The notes under the pieces are model-generated. The model did no database searches. It was not told the DNA's origin and worked only from the letters and a program-made list of their open reading frames with translations. A stretch of DNA of 64,000 nucleotides from an uncultured Acidobacteriaceae bacterium (GTDB lineage: Bacteria; Acidobacteriota; Terriglobia; Terriglobales; Acidobacteriaceae), in the NCBI GenBank assembly GCA_964619065.1, contig CAZUCC010000013.1, positions 12,945 to 76,944 of the forward strand, read 5' to 3'. Of the stretch, positions 55,537 through 64,000 are shown piece by piece; position 1 is the stretch's first letter, and the number at the start of each line of letters is the position of its first letter. Both the position numbers and the translations under genes were made by a program.

Positions 55537-56508
55537 TTGGCTCCCAACCTCCAACCTTGGATCGACACGCTGCGCGCCGGTGATTCTCGCGCCCTCGCGC
55601 GGGCAATTACTGTCGTCGAGGACCGCGCACCCGGCTCGTATGAGCTGCTCAAGGCGCTGTTTCCGCATAGCGGGAAGGCACGGGTGATTGGGCTAACCGG
55701 GCCTCCGGGCGCGGGGAAGAGCACGCTGGTAGATCAGTTGGCGCACCACTACCGGAAGGCGCAACGGACCGTGGGCATCGTGGCGGTGGACCCGACAAGC
55801 CCCTACACCGGAGGTTCGATTCTGGGGGACCGCATTCGCATGCAGAGTCACCACGCCGACCCGGGCATCTACATTCGCAGCATGGCGACACGCGGCTCGC
55901 TCGGTGGCTTGGCGCATACCACTGCCGACGTAGCGACCGTGATGGATGCATCGGGACGCGACGTAATTCTGATCGAGACCGTGGGCGTGGGCCAGGATGA
56001 AGTTGACATCGTGCGGCTCGCCGATGTCACCGTGGTAATTCTGGTCCCGGGCATGGGCGACGATGTGCAAACTATCAAGGCCGGCATCATGGAGATTGCG
56101 GATATTTTCGTCATCAACAAGAGCGACCGCGAAGGGGCTGAGCGCGTGGAGCGCGAAATTCTCGCCATGCAGACCCTGGCGCTGCGGGGCGATGGATGGA
56201 CGCCACCGATTGTGAAGACAGTCGCCAGCGACGGACAGGGAATCGCCGAACTCGACGCCGCCATCGCGAAATATGAAGCGTATCTGGCCAAGGACAATCG
56301 GCTGCTGGAGAAGAGCGCCCATAACTGGGAGACTCGCTTGATCGAGATGCTGCGCGACGCTTTGCTGGAACGCGTGGTCAAGGCACGCTTTAGCCAAGGC
56401 GACATGGCGCGGTATGCTGCGGAAGTCGCGGGCCACAGACGCGATCCATATACGCTGGTGGAGGAGATGATGGAAGGCGTGGTTGCGGGTGGCGTAGCCA
56501 AAGACTAG
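55537..56508 (+). CDS. meaB: Methylmalonyl-CoA mutase-associated G-protein chaperone (ArgK/MeaB)
   Basis: GLTGPPGAGKSTL, DPTSPYTGGSILGDRIRM, IETVGVGQ and INKSD. The TTG start at 55537 is uncertain. Confidence 0.9.
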   Translation: MAPNLQPWIDTLRAGDSRALARAITVVEDRAPGSYELLKALFPHSGKARVIGLTGPPGAGKSTLVDQLAHHYRKAQRTVGIVAVDPTSPYTGGSILGDRIRMQSHHADPGIYIRSMATRGSLGGLAHTTADVATVMDASGRDVILIETVGVGQDEVDIVRLADVTVVILVPGMGDDVQTIKAGIMEIADIFVINKSDREGAERVEREILAMQTLALRGDGWTPPIVKTVASDGQGIAELDAAIAKYEAYLAKDNRLLEKSAHNWETRLIEMLRDALLERVVKARFSQGDMARYAAEVAGHRRDPYTLVEEMMEGVVAGGVAKD

Positions 56509-56528
56509 TCGTCTTTAGTGGAGCTTCT

Positions 56529-56924
56529 ATGTTCAAGATCGATCATCTCGGGATCGCGGTGAACTCGCTCGCGACGGCAAAAAGCTTCTACGAAAAACTA
56601 GGGCTGCCGGTGTCGACGCAAGAGACCGTCGCGGCGGAGAAAGTAAATCTGGTCATGGCGACGGTGGGCGAAAGCCGCTTGGAGCTGCTGGAGCCCACAT
56701 CGGAAGATTCGACCATCGCGAAATTTCTCGCCAAGCGCGGAGAAGGACTGCACCATGTAGCGCTGCAGGTACCAGATCTTGCTGCGGTCGTCGAAAAACT
56801 CAAGAAAGACGGCGTGCGCTTGGTGTCCGACGAGATCAAGACGGGCGCAGGCGGCCACCGTTACGTGTTCGTGCATCCCGCGAGTGCGGGCGGAGTTTTG
56901 CTGGAACTGGTAGAAGGGAAATAG
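56529..56924 (+). CDS. mce: Methylmalonyl-CoA epimerase (VOC family)
   Basis: IDHLGIAV, ELLEP, FLAKRGEGLHHVAL and VFVHP....GVLLELVE. Confidence 0.9.
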   Translation: MFKIDHLGIAVNSLATAKSFYEKLGLPVSTQETVAAEKVNLVMATVGESRLELLEPTSEDSTIAKFLAKRGEGLHHVALQVPDLAAVVEKLKKDGVRLVSDEIKTGAGGHRYVFVHPASAGGVLLELVEGK

Positions 56925-56952
56925 GACTTCTGCTCGCTCATTTCATCCATTC

Positions 56953-57621
56953 ATGATTCTCCTGGCAACAGATACTTCGGGAAAAGAAGGCAGCCTGGCG
57001 TTAGCGCGGGGCGACGGCGCAGGTCTGGAAATTCTGGAAGTCGCTGCGCTCGAAGGCGGAAACTTTTCCGCACAGTTAGTTCCACAGATTGCGGCGCTGT
57101 TAGCGAAGCATCGGCTCACCAAGGGCGACATTAGTGCGTTCGCAGTGGCCTCCGGCCCCGGATCGTTCACGGGCTTGCGTGTGGGACTGGCGGCAGTGAA
57201 GGGACTGGCAGAGGTTTTGCGGAAGCCAGTGGCCGCAGTGTCCCGGTTAGAGGCGCTGACGCGCGCGAGCTCAGAGAAGGGAAGCGTCATAGCGGCGCTG
57301 GACGCGGGCCGGCGGCAGGCCTATGTGGGTGAATATGAAGTTGCTGCTGAATCGGCAAGTTGCGTGAAAGAACATTTGCTTGCGTGGGAGGAATTGGCTG
57401 CCTGCGCCGCTGGCCGGATCGTGGTGACACCGGACAAGGCTATCGCTGAGGCGCTACGTCAGGCGGAGGGCCGCGTTCTTGAAGTGGAATCAACACGAGC
57501 GGATGCTATTGCCCGCATCGGTTGGAAGAAACTCGCGGCGGGAGAAGTTTCGGATGTCGCCGAGTTGGAAGCAAATTACATTCGACGGACGGACGCGGAA
57601 ATCTTAGTCCACGGCAATTAG
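56953..57621 (+). CDS. tsaB: tRNA t6A37 biosynthesis protein TsaB (YeaZ)
   Basis: MILLATDTSG...LALAR, and FAVASGPGSFTGLRVGLAAVKGLA. Confidence 0.9.
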   Translation: MILLATDTSGKEGSLALARGDGAGLEILEVAALEGGNFSAQLVPQIAALLAKHRLTKGDISAFAVASGPGSFTGLRVGLAAVKGLAEVLRKPVAAVSRLEALTRASSEKGSVIAALDAGRRQAYVGEYEVAAESASCVKEHLLAWEELAACAAGRIVVTPDKAIAEALRQAEGRVLEVESTRADAIARIGWKKLAAGEVSDVAELEANYIRRTDAEILVHGN

Positions 57622-57670
57622 GTTCGCAGGAAATGGCGGATGGTCGCGATGAATACGAAAGGCGGGTAGC

Positions 57671-58183
57671 CTGAATCCACCGGTCTCCATCAATGTTCGC
57701 CCCGCCACGCACGCGGACCTTCCCCGCATCCTCCAGATTGAGCGCGCAACCGAGACCGCGGCGCATTGGGCCGCGGCAGACTACGAGCGAGCATTGGCTG
57801 ACGCTTCTCCGCAGCGTGTGCTTTTGGTGGCAGACAGTGCCAGCGCTGCACAAGAATTCGGAGTGTATGAAATATGGGTGCAAGGATTTCTGGTGGCTCG
57901 ATCCGTGCATCCTGCCGAGTGGGAAATTGAGAACGTAGTAGTTGCGGAACCCGCTCGGAGACTGGGTCTTGGAGCCGCGCTTGTGAAAGCGTTCGTAGAG
58001 TGTGTGCGCGCGGAAAAGCCGGCGGAAAGCGGAGTCCACGGCATTTTCCTCGAGGTGCGCGAGTCGAATTTGGCAGCGCGCAAGCTCTACGAGAAATTTG
58101 GCTTTGTTATTGACAGGTGGCGAGAAAGATATTATAGCCATCCGGACGAGGATGCAGTTCTATATCACCTTTTGTTTCAATGA
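57671..58183 (+). CDS. rimI: Ribosomal-protein-alanine N-acetyltransferase RimI (GNAT); the start codon is unresolved
   Basis: GNAT core: IENVVVAEPARRLGLGAALV, LEVRESNLAARKLYEKFGF, YYSHPDEDAV. The conserved N-terminus INVRPATHADLPRILQIE is in frame upstream of the first canonical start (TTG at 57794). I therefore propose the CTG at 57671, with AAAGG 8-9 nt upstream. Confidence 0.7.
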   Translation: MNPPVSINVRPATHADLPRILQIERATETAAHWAAADYERALADASPQRVLLVADSASAAQEFGVYEIWVQGFLVARSVHPAEWEIENVVVAEPARRLGLGAALVKAFVECVRAEKPAESGVHGIFLEVRESNLAARKLYEKFGFVIDRWRERYYSHPDEDAVLYHLLFQ

Positions 58184-58304
58184 GATCGATGGCATAAAAC
58201 AGAGGTGCACGATTCGCACAGGCGTGGAAAATAGGGCCGTTGCAGGGACTTGACGGCTGTGGTAGGGTAATCACGATTTAACTTCCGGTTAGGAGGTTTG
58301 CTGG

Positions 58305-58532
58305 ATGGAATCTCCGTACGAGTCGTTGTCGACAAATCAAGAGGTTTTACAAAAGCTAGCCATGGAACACACCCAGTACTCCCAGAGACTCGAACAACTC
58401 ACCGAAAAGCGTTTCTTGACGGATGACGAAAAGCTAGAGGAAGTCCGTCTCAAGAAGCTTAAACTGCGGCTCAAGGATCAGATGGAGAACATTGAGCGGC
58501 AATATCGCGTGCAACCGAACCAGGTAGCGTAA
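58305..58532 (+). CDS. DUF465 (YdcH-like) small coiled-coil protein
   Basis: H..Y..RL..L....FLTDDE..E...LKK.KL.LKD.M is the DUF465 pattern. AGGAGG Shine-Dalgarno. Confidence 0.7.
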   Translation: MESPYESLSTNQEVLQKLAMEHTQYSQRLEQLTEKRFLTDDEKLEEVRLKKLKLRLKDQMENIERQYRVQPNQVA

Positions 58533-58599
58533 CCCAGCCTCGAGTCTTCGGTTGGACAAACCGGGGCCCCTGCTAAAGAACAGAATTTTTCTCGGAGTG

Positions 58600-58631
58600 A
58601 AGGCGTCGAATTCGGCGCCTTTTTTATTTTT
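58600..58631 (+). terminator. Rho-independent terminator
   Basis: aaggcgtcg-aatt-cggcgcctt forms a 9-bp stem, followed by TTTTTATTTTT. Confidence 0.8.
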
Positions 58632-58701
58632 GTAGTTCAGTCCGATCCCTTTCCGGCACCGCATATTTTCTTTCACAAGCGCTGTGGGCCGGGCACTGCT
58701 C

Positions 58702-58707
58702 TATAAT
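58702..58707 (+). promoter_or_regulatory. Putative -10 box (TATAAT) 14 nt upstream of the psd ATG
   Basis: gctcTATAATttcaacaacctcacATG, with no Shine-Dalgarno in between. Confidence 0.35.
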
Positions 58708-58721
58708 TTCAACAACCTCAC

Positions 58722-59387
58722 ATGGTTTCTGACGGCTACTACTACGGTTTCGGGTTTGGTGTCGCGGCGCTGGTTTTGGGCTGGCTCGCCGCGCCTGTAT
58801 GGGCGCTGCCGGCGGTCCTGTTGGCCTGTTTCTTTCTCTGGTTCTTCCGCGATCCCGAGCGTGTAATTCCCACTGCCGAAGGTGCCGTCGTATCCCCTGG
58901 CGATGGCAAGGTGACGGATGTCTCGCGCGTGCGAATCAACGGCGCCGACCAGCTGCGAATCAGCATTTTCCTGAGCGTCTTTGATGTTCACGTGAATCGT
59001 TCTCCCATTGCTGGAGTGATTCGCGATGTCCGCTACCAGCGCGGAAAATTTATCAACGCTATGAGCGCGGAATCGGCTGCCGAGAATGAACAAAACGTTG
59101 TGACCGTGGAAGGCGAAGGACATGCGTTGGTCTTCAAGCAGATTGCGGGCTTGCTGGCGCGGCGCATTGTGTTTACCAAGAATGTCGGAGACCATGTGGA
59201 ACGGGGTGAACGCGTGGGGCTGATCAAGTTCGGGTCACGCGTGGACGTGCTGCTCGACGCAAGCGCGATTCCGCAAGTTAAGGTTGGCGACCGGGTGCGC
59301 GGCGGAGCCAGTGTGGTTGCGCTGGCATCCGGGATGGGCGAACTGATGGGCGCGAGCGCAAGCGGGGAAATGCGAGGCCGCCGATGA
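58722..59387 (+). CDS. psd: Phosphatidylserine decarboxylase proenzyme (short, archaetidylserine decarboxylase-related type)
   Basis: [27 protein letters not shown], and the self-cleavage site FGSRVD. Confidence 0.88.
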   Translation: MVSDGYYYGFGFGVAALVLGWLAAPVWALPAVLLACFFLWFFRDPERVIPTAEGAVVSPGDGKVTDVSRVRINGADQLRISIFLSVFDVHVNRSPIAGVIRDVRYQRGKFINAMSAESAAENEQNVVTVEGEGHALVFKQIAGLLARRIVFTKNVGDHVERGERVGLIKFGSRVDVLLDASAIPQVKVGDRVRGGASVVALASGMGELMGASASGEMRGRR

Positions 59388-60253
59388 TGTTTCCTCATCC
59401 CATGCGCCGTAAGGAAGACGAGCCCGAGCGCCGCTTGCGTCGCGGCCTGTACATTCTCCCGTCGCTTTTTACTTCCGCGAATATCGCCGCCGGATATTAC
59501 GCGTTGGTGCACATCACGCAAGGGTCTTTGGCCGCGCCAGGTCACTTTGATCTGGCCGCCAAGGCGATTGGCTTTGCCGTGGTCTTCGATTCGCTCGACG
59601 GCGCGGTCGCCCGTGCAACCAAAACCAGCAGCGACTTCGGGCGCGAACTCGATTCGCTCGCTGATGTCATCGCGTTTGGCGTGGCTCCGGCGATGCTTGC
59701 GTTTTTCTGGGGTTTTCATTTTCTTCCGGCCGCGACATTGCCTCTGATGCGCCTGCGTCTGGGAGACATCGGCATGGTCGCCAGCTTCGTGTTCCTGATC
59801 GCCGGTGCGAGCCGACTGGCCCGATTCAATATCCAGGTCAATCCCGAGCCCTCGAATCCGGGGCGTCCGGGCAAGAAGTATTTTGTCGGCATGCCAATTC
59901 CCGCCGCTGCTGGAGTTCTTGCGTCGGTCGTGCATTTTGCTAAAGGCGAACCCATCGAACTCTGGTGGCAGGCCGTGCTATGGTGCGCGCTCATGGTTTC
60001 GTGCTCATTTTTGATGGTGAGCACGTGGCGCTTCTTCAGCATCAAAGGGCTCAAACTCCAGGGCCGCCATCCCTTCCGAGTCATTGTGATCGTGGCGGCG
60101 CTCATCGCCGGGGCTTGGGAGCTTTCGCGGCCCTTCTTGCTCCTGCTGTCCTTGACCTACATGTTCTCCGGTATCCTGTGGCGTCTGCAATGGATCTTCC
60201 GGCGGCGTGGACAACCGCAACCTCCCTTCCAGGAGGCTTCGCAGGCTTCCTGA
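59384..60253 (+). CDS. pssA: CDP-diacylglycerol--serine O-phosphatidyltransferase
   Basis: CDP-alcohol phosphatidyltransferase motif DSLDGAVAR....[24 protein letters not shown] overlap with psd. Confidence 0.88.
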   Translation: MMFPHPMRRKEDEPERRLRRGLYILPSLFTSANIAAGYYALVHITQGSLAAPGHFDLAAKAIGFAVVFDSLDGAVARATKTSSDFGRELDSLADVIAFGVAPAMLAFFWGFHFLPAATLPLMRLRLGDIGMVASFVFLIAGASRLARFNIQVNPEPSNPGRPGKKYFVGMPIPAAAGVLASVVHFAKGEPIELWWQAVLWCALMVSCSFLMVSTWRFFSIKGLKLQGRHPFRVIVIVAALIAGAWELSRPFLLLLSLTYMFSGILWRLQWIFRRRGQPQPPFQEASQAS

Positions 60254-60267
60254 GCCGGTAGAAAATA

Positions 60268-61344
60268 ATGAGCACGCAGAAAAAACCTAACGGGCACATA
60301 GAGCGGGACGCGAAAACGGGTCTCTACCGGCTCGTGCTGGTAGGCGGAAGTACGCTCAAGGGGAAGGAGATTGCAGAAGTCCTCAATGAGCGCAAGTTTC
60401 CTTCCTCGGATGTGAAGCTGCTGGACGACGATGAGTCGTTGGGGCAACTCGAGATCGTGGGCGATGAAATGACGTTTATCCAAAGCGTGCGTGGGGACCA
60501 GTTCGAAAATGCGGACTTCGCGTTTTTCGCTGGAGATATGCCTACCACGAGCAAGAGTTGGCAATTGGCGCGCGACGCGGGCTGCTCCATTCTCGATCTT
60601 TCCTTTGCACTGGAAGAGGAACCGTCGGCGCGGATACGGTCTCCATGGATCGAGAAGCAACTCGGGCAAGATCTCCAGCTCGAGTTGCAACCTGGGCCGG
60701 TCGTCGTCGTTGCCCATGCTGCCGCCGTTGTATTGGCGCTTCTCGTGCTGCGGGCGCAGTTGGCCGGCAAGGTTCGCAGCGTGGCGGCCACGGTGTTTGA
60801 ACCCGTCTCCGAGCGCGGCCGTAAAGGTATCGATGAATTGCAGGAGCAGTCGGTGAATCTGCTCTCGTTCCAGGAATTGCCGCAAGAAGTGTTTGACGCC
60901 CGGGTCAGCTTCAACCTGGTGCGCCGCTATGGCGAGAAATCGGTGCCTACGATTGAAACAGTGGAGCGGCGAATCGTCAAACACTACCAGCAGATTGCGG
61001 GCAAGGATGCGCTGGTTCCCGCCGTGGCGCTGCTGCAAGCGCCGGTTTTCCATGGGCATTCCTTCATGGTATTTCTCGAGACCGTGGAAACGGTTGCGCT
61101 CGGCGACCTGACGCAAGCATTGCAGGGAGAACATGTAGAGATCGCGCGCGTCGCCGAAGAACCTCCCAGCACGGTAGCGGCTGCGGGACAGGACGAGATT
61201 CTAATTTCTGTGACCCGGGATGCCAGCAATCCTAAGGGCTTCTGGATCTGGGCGGCAGCGGACAACTTGCGCGTGGCGGCACGCAACGCGGTGGAATGCG
61301 CGGAAAGCATGGCGGCATCGCTTCCCAAAGGGGCCGTTCAGTGA
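60268..61344 (+). CDS. Aspartate-semialdehyde dehydrogenase-like protein (Semialdhyde_dh + dimerisation domains) lacking the catalytic cysteine
   Basis: Collinear with Asd as I remember it: LVLVGGSTLKGKE (vs VGATGAVG), VVVAHAAAVVLAL (vs IIANPNCSTIQ), LLQAPVFHGHSFMVFLE (vs CVRVPV..GHS), and AAADNLRVAARNAV (vs VSDNLLKGAA.NAV). Confidence 0.75.
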   Translation: MSTQKKPNGHIERDAKTGLYRLVLVGGSTLKGKEIAEVLNERKFPSSDVKLLDDDESLGQLEIVGDEMTFIQSVRGDQFENADFAFFAGDMPTTSKSWQLARDAGCSILDLSFALEEEPSARIRSPWIEKQLGQDLQLELQPGPVVVVAHAAAVVLALLVLRAQLAGKVRSVAATVFEPVSERGRKGIDELQEQSVNLLSFQELPQEVFDARVSFNLVRRYGEKSVPTIETVERRIVKHYQQIAGKDALVPAVALLQAPVFHGHSFMVFLETVETVALGDLTQALQGEHVEIARVAEEPPSTVAAAGQDEILISVTRDASNPKGFWIWAAADNLRVAARNAVECAESMAASLPKGAVQ

Positions 61345-61865
61345 AGCTGCTCGGCTTGCTCTTCATCCTGCTGGGCGCGGCGATAGGGCTAGGGGGCTGC
61401 GGCTATCACACGGCTGGCAAAGGCAACATCCTCCCCGACCATGTAAAGACAATTGCCATTCCCGCCTTCGTCAACGAAACTCAAACCTACAAGATTGAGC
61501 AGATGCTGACGGGCGCCGTGGTGCGCGAGTTCACCACCCGCGCGAACTACCGGATTGTGCCGAATGCGGATACGGATGCCGACGCAACATTGCGAGGAAC
61601 GGTTCTTTCAGCTGCAACCGCGCCGTCCACCTACGATGCAAACACTGGGCGAGTAGCAACCGTGCTGGTGACGGTGAATATGAAGGTTGCGCTGACGGAT
61701 CGCGACGGAAAAATGCTGTACGAGAACGAGCAGTACCAATTCCGCGAGCAGTACCAAGTCTCGCAAGGATTTGCGAGTTTCTTTCAGGAAGACTCTCCGG
61801 CGCTGGAACGGTTGTCGCGAGACTTTGCGCGGACGCTGGTAGCCAACATTCTGGAGGGATTTTAG
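61341..61865 (+). CDS. lptE: LPS-assembly lipoprotein LptE
   Basis: The GTG at 61341 overlaps the upstream stop. Lipobox LGGCGYHTAG (LptE typically begins CGYHL.G). Sits immediately upstream of holA, as in many Gram-negative bacteria. Confidence 0.75.
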   Translation: MKLLGLLFILLGAAIGLGGCGYHTAGKGNILPDHVKTIAIPAFVNETQTYKIEQMLTGAVVREFTTRANYRIVPNADTDADATLRGTVLSAATAPSTYDANTGRVATVLVTVNMKVALTDRDGKMLYENEQYQFREQYQVSQGFASFFQEDSPALERLSRDFARTLVANILEGF

Positions 61866-62986
61866 TGCGGTCGTTTGCCCAGATGGAACGCTTCGTTACG
61901 GAAGTCGAGAAGGGCAAGCTGCGCCCTGCCTACGTATTCGTGGGCGACGAGGCTTTTTTCCGCCGCCGTTGCCGCGAAGCGATTCTCCAGCATCTGGTGC
62001 CTCCCGACATGCGGGACTTCAGCCTCTATGAGCTGGACTTGGCGGAAACGGATCTGGTGGAAGTTCTCGACCGGGCGCGTACGCCCTCCCTGATGGCGCC
62101 GTTTCAAGTGTTCTTTGTGCGGAGCGTGAAGAACTTGTTCGGCCGTGGATCGAATGACGAGAAGCTGGCGGCGATCGAGGAGTATACGAAGAACCCGAAC
62201 CCCGATGCAGTGCTGATTTTCATCGCCGACCATATCTCCATCCCCGCCGATGTTCGGAAAATGGAAATTACAGACAAAGACCGCTATGAGCGTATCCGTG
62301 AAGGCATGGGCCCGTTCTGTGGCATTGTCGAACTGGCGCGTGTGGAGGAAAGTGAGGCCGTGCGCTGGATTGGCGAGTACTGTGCTACCCGCGATGTGAA
62401 GATGGACGCCGACGCAGCCCGCGAACTCGTCGATGCGCTCGGCGGTGACCTGATGATGGTCTCCAACGAACTCGAAAAGCTCATGTTGTACGTCGGCGAA
62501 AAGAAGCGCATCACGCTGGGCGACGTCGAAACCATGGTGCTGGCCGCCAAGCAGCGTTCGCTCTATGAGCTGACCGATGCTATCTCCGCCAAGGACCGCA
62601 CCAAGGCCCTGCTGGTTCTAGATGCCCTGCTCTCTACAGGCGAAGGCGAAGAGGCCGCCATCGGTCATCTCTATATGCTGGCGAAGACGTTCCGGCAAAT
62701 GCTGGTGATCCTGGAGCGCAACGTGCGCGATCAACGCATGCTCTGGGCTGCGTTGTGGCAAGGCTTCCGGGTGCCTCCATTCGCGGCGGAAGACATCATC
62801 AAGCAGGCGCGACGCTACAAATCAAAGCGTGAGCTGACGCGCGGCATCCGTCTAATCGCAAAGGCCGATCTGGCATTGCGATCGAATCCCGTAAGCCGCC
62901 GCATGGTGATGGAGAAGCTGGTGCTGGATTTATCAGCCGTACCGCAGCCGGAAGTCGGCTGGCAACAGGAAGAGTTGTTAGTCTGA
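61865..62986 (+). CDS. holA: DNA polymerase III delta subunit
   Basis: Delta N-domain (PAYVFVGDEAFF, LYELD), with length and position after lptE as expected. GTG at 61865, or ATG at 61883. Confidence 0.82.
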   Translation: MRSFAQMERFVTEVEKGKLRPAYVFVGDEAFFRRRCREAILQHLVPPDMRDFSLYELDLAETDLVEVLDRARTPSLMAPFQVFFVRSVKNLFGRGSNDEKLAAIEEYTKNPNPDAVLIFIADHISIPADVRKMEITDKDRYERIREGMGPFCGIVELARVEESEAVRWIGEYCATRDVKMDADAARELVDALGGDLMMVSNELEKLMLYVGEKKRITLGDVETMVLAAKQRSLYELTDAISAKDRTKALLVLDALLSTGEGEEAAIGHLYMLAKTFRQMLVILERNVRDQRMLWAALWQGFRVPPFAAEDIIKQARRYKSKRELTRGIRLIAKADLALRSNPVSRRMVMEKLVLDLSAVPQPEVGWQQEELLV

Positions 62987-63004
62987 GCTGCTGCAAACGC
63001 TAAA

Positions 63005-63226
63005 CTACAAGAGATCCAAGAAGTCGTCGACCGACATGCCCGCTGCTCGAATCAAAGCGCGGAGTGTTCCCACCGACAATTCTTTGTGCTGAGGAATTGA
63101 CAGATTGGCCCGCTGTCCCGGCTTAGTCATCACTAGATGGCTTCCCACCTGACCCACCTTCTGCCAGCCCGCCTTGCCGAACGCCGTGGCCGCGTCCTTG
63201 CCGGAGATGTTGCCGAGCTTACCCAT
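63005..63226 (-). CDS. hicA: Type II toxin HicA (mRNA interferase)
   Basis: SGKDAATAFGKAGWQKVGQVGSHLVMTKPG....LSIPQHKELSVGTLRALIRAAGMSVDDF is the HicA/YcfA pattern. Confidence 0.85.
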   Translation of the reverse strand: MGKLGNISGKDAATAFGKAGWQKVGQVGSHLVMTKPGQRANLSIPQHKELSVGTLRALIRAAGMSVDDFLDLL

Positions 63227-63357
63227 AAGATCTGTCTATGCGATTCCGCTAGAAAGTCCGACAATAGGGGTTTGCGGCGAGAAAGGCAACGCGATTTGCC
63301 TGTAGTTCTGTGAGAAAGTGGAAGATGCTTATGCAGCAGTACCGTATGAGGAAATGC

Positions 63358-63567
63358 TTATACGGTTACCACGATAGGGGTTTGCTGCGCAGGCATCGAG
63401 CGAACAGCCTTCTGATCTTCGGCCCACATCCAGGCAGTGATGGCTTCCTTAATATTTTCCAGAGCCTCTTTTTCGTCACGACCCTGGGAGACACAGCCTG
63501 GAAGAGCAGGACATTGAGCCACGATCCAGCCGTCTTCGGCTTTTTCCAATGAAACGTGGAAAATCAT
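63358..63567 (-). CDS. hicB: Type II antitoxin HicB (UPF0150 domain only, no DNA-binding domain)
   Basis: MIFHVSLEKAEDGWIVAQCPALPGCVSQGRDEKEALENIKEAI is the HicB_N signature. Confidence 0.85.
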   Translation of the reverse strand: MIFHVSLEKAEDGWIVAQCPALPGCVSQGRDEKEALENIKEAITAWMWAEDQKAVRSMPAQQTPIVVTV

Positions 63568-63599
63568 CGTCTACGCTTTCCCTCGACGCGAATTTCGAG

Positions 63600-63863
63600 C
63601 TACTTGATGGCCTTGACGCGCGCAGCCAGGCGGCTCTTGTAGCGTCCGGCGGTGTTCTTGTGCAGGACACCCTTCTGGATCGCCTTATCGAGCGCGGAAA
63701 CGGTCTCGCGGAACTGCTTTTCGGCAGCTTCCTTGTTGCCTGCGGCCACGATCTCGCGCATCTTGCGCAGCGCGCCACGCACGCGGGAACGGTTGTTGCG
63801 GTTCACTTCGGTCTTCTTTAAGGTCTGCCGGACGCGCTTCAGCGCCGATACATGGTTCGCCAT
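63600..63863 (-). CDS. rpsT: 30S ribosomal protein S20
   Basis: [34 protein letters not shown]...[23 protein letters not shown]. Confidence 0.93.
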   Translation of the reverse strand: MANHVSALKRVRQTLKKTEVNRNNRSRVRGALRKMREIVAAGNKEAAEKQFRETVSALDKAIQKGVLHKNTAGRYKSRLAARVKAIK

Positions 63864-64000
63864 CTTTACGTAAGTCCTTGTCCTATGGAATGTTGCTCGG
63901 TGGGTGCCGAACCTCTATCTTACGAGAGTCCCCCTTTTAGGTCAAACCTCGCACGGTTTCAAGAAAGCCACAATGGCGGAAGCAATTGACCGGCTGAAGG

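Noticed and set aside
1-64000. Search for tRNA, rRNA, CRISPR arrays, integrases/transposases, reverse transcriptases and known defence-system genes
   Set aside because: None seen. There is no GGTTCGAATCC-type T-loop in intergenic DNA, no repeat-spacer array, and no ORF with recombinase, RT or nuclease-NTPase defence signatures.

Overview
High-GC bacterial chromosomal segment (about 58-65% GC in 60-nt lines I counted by hand). The gene content is typical of Acidobacteriota (Terriglobia-like): a TIGR03436-type VWA protein, a CarboxypepD_reg-type TonB-dependent receptor, a TPR/FG-GAP/ASPIC-UnbV (CRTAC1-like) giant protein, a TPR Ser/Thr kinase, orphan MacB/FtsX permeases, and GTCATCCTGAGCGCAGCGAAGG-type palindromic repeats. 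I support about 52 protein-coding genes, nearly all housekeeping or ordinary metabolism: Dps (partial), Lon, PheA, MoaD-MoaE, MalQ, LpxB, a KAS, HemW, acyl-CoA dehydrogenase, MeaB, methylmalonyl-CoA epimerase, TsaB-RimI, Psd-PssA, LptE-HolA and S20. I found no rRNA, tRNA, CRISPR array, transposase, integrase or phage genes. Accessory content is limited to two type II toxin-antitoxin modules (MazEF/PemIK-like and HicBA) wedged into conserved housekeeping blocks, four copies of a REP/MITE-like palindromic repeat family, and one lower-GC secreted Big_2 glycosidase-like gene. I did not find a convincing novel multi-gene system. The best leads are: (1) an M1-peptidase homologue with all catalytic residues replaced, (2) an Asd-like protein lacking the catalytic Cys, placed upstream of lptE-holA, (3) a shared 20-nt LacI-type palindrome upstream of both a PuuP-like permease and a GH2 hydrolase, (4) a Lon protease with a strongly degenerate, normally invariant AAA+ segment, (5) a rimI whose conserved N-terminus has no canonical start codon, and (6) a 323-bp hairpin-rich intergenic region. 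All functional calls come from my own reading of the translated ORFs against remembered family signatures. No database search was run.
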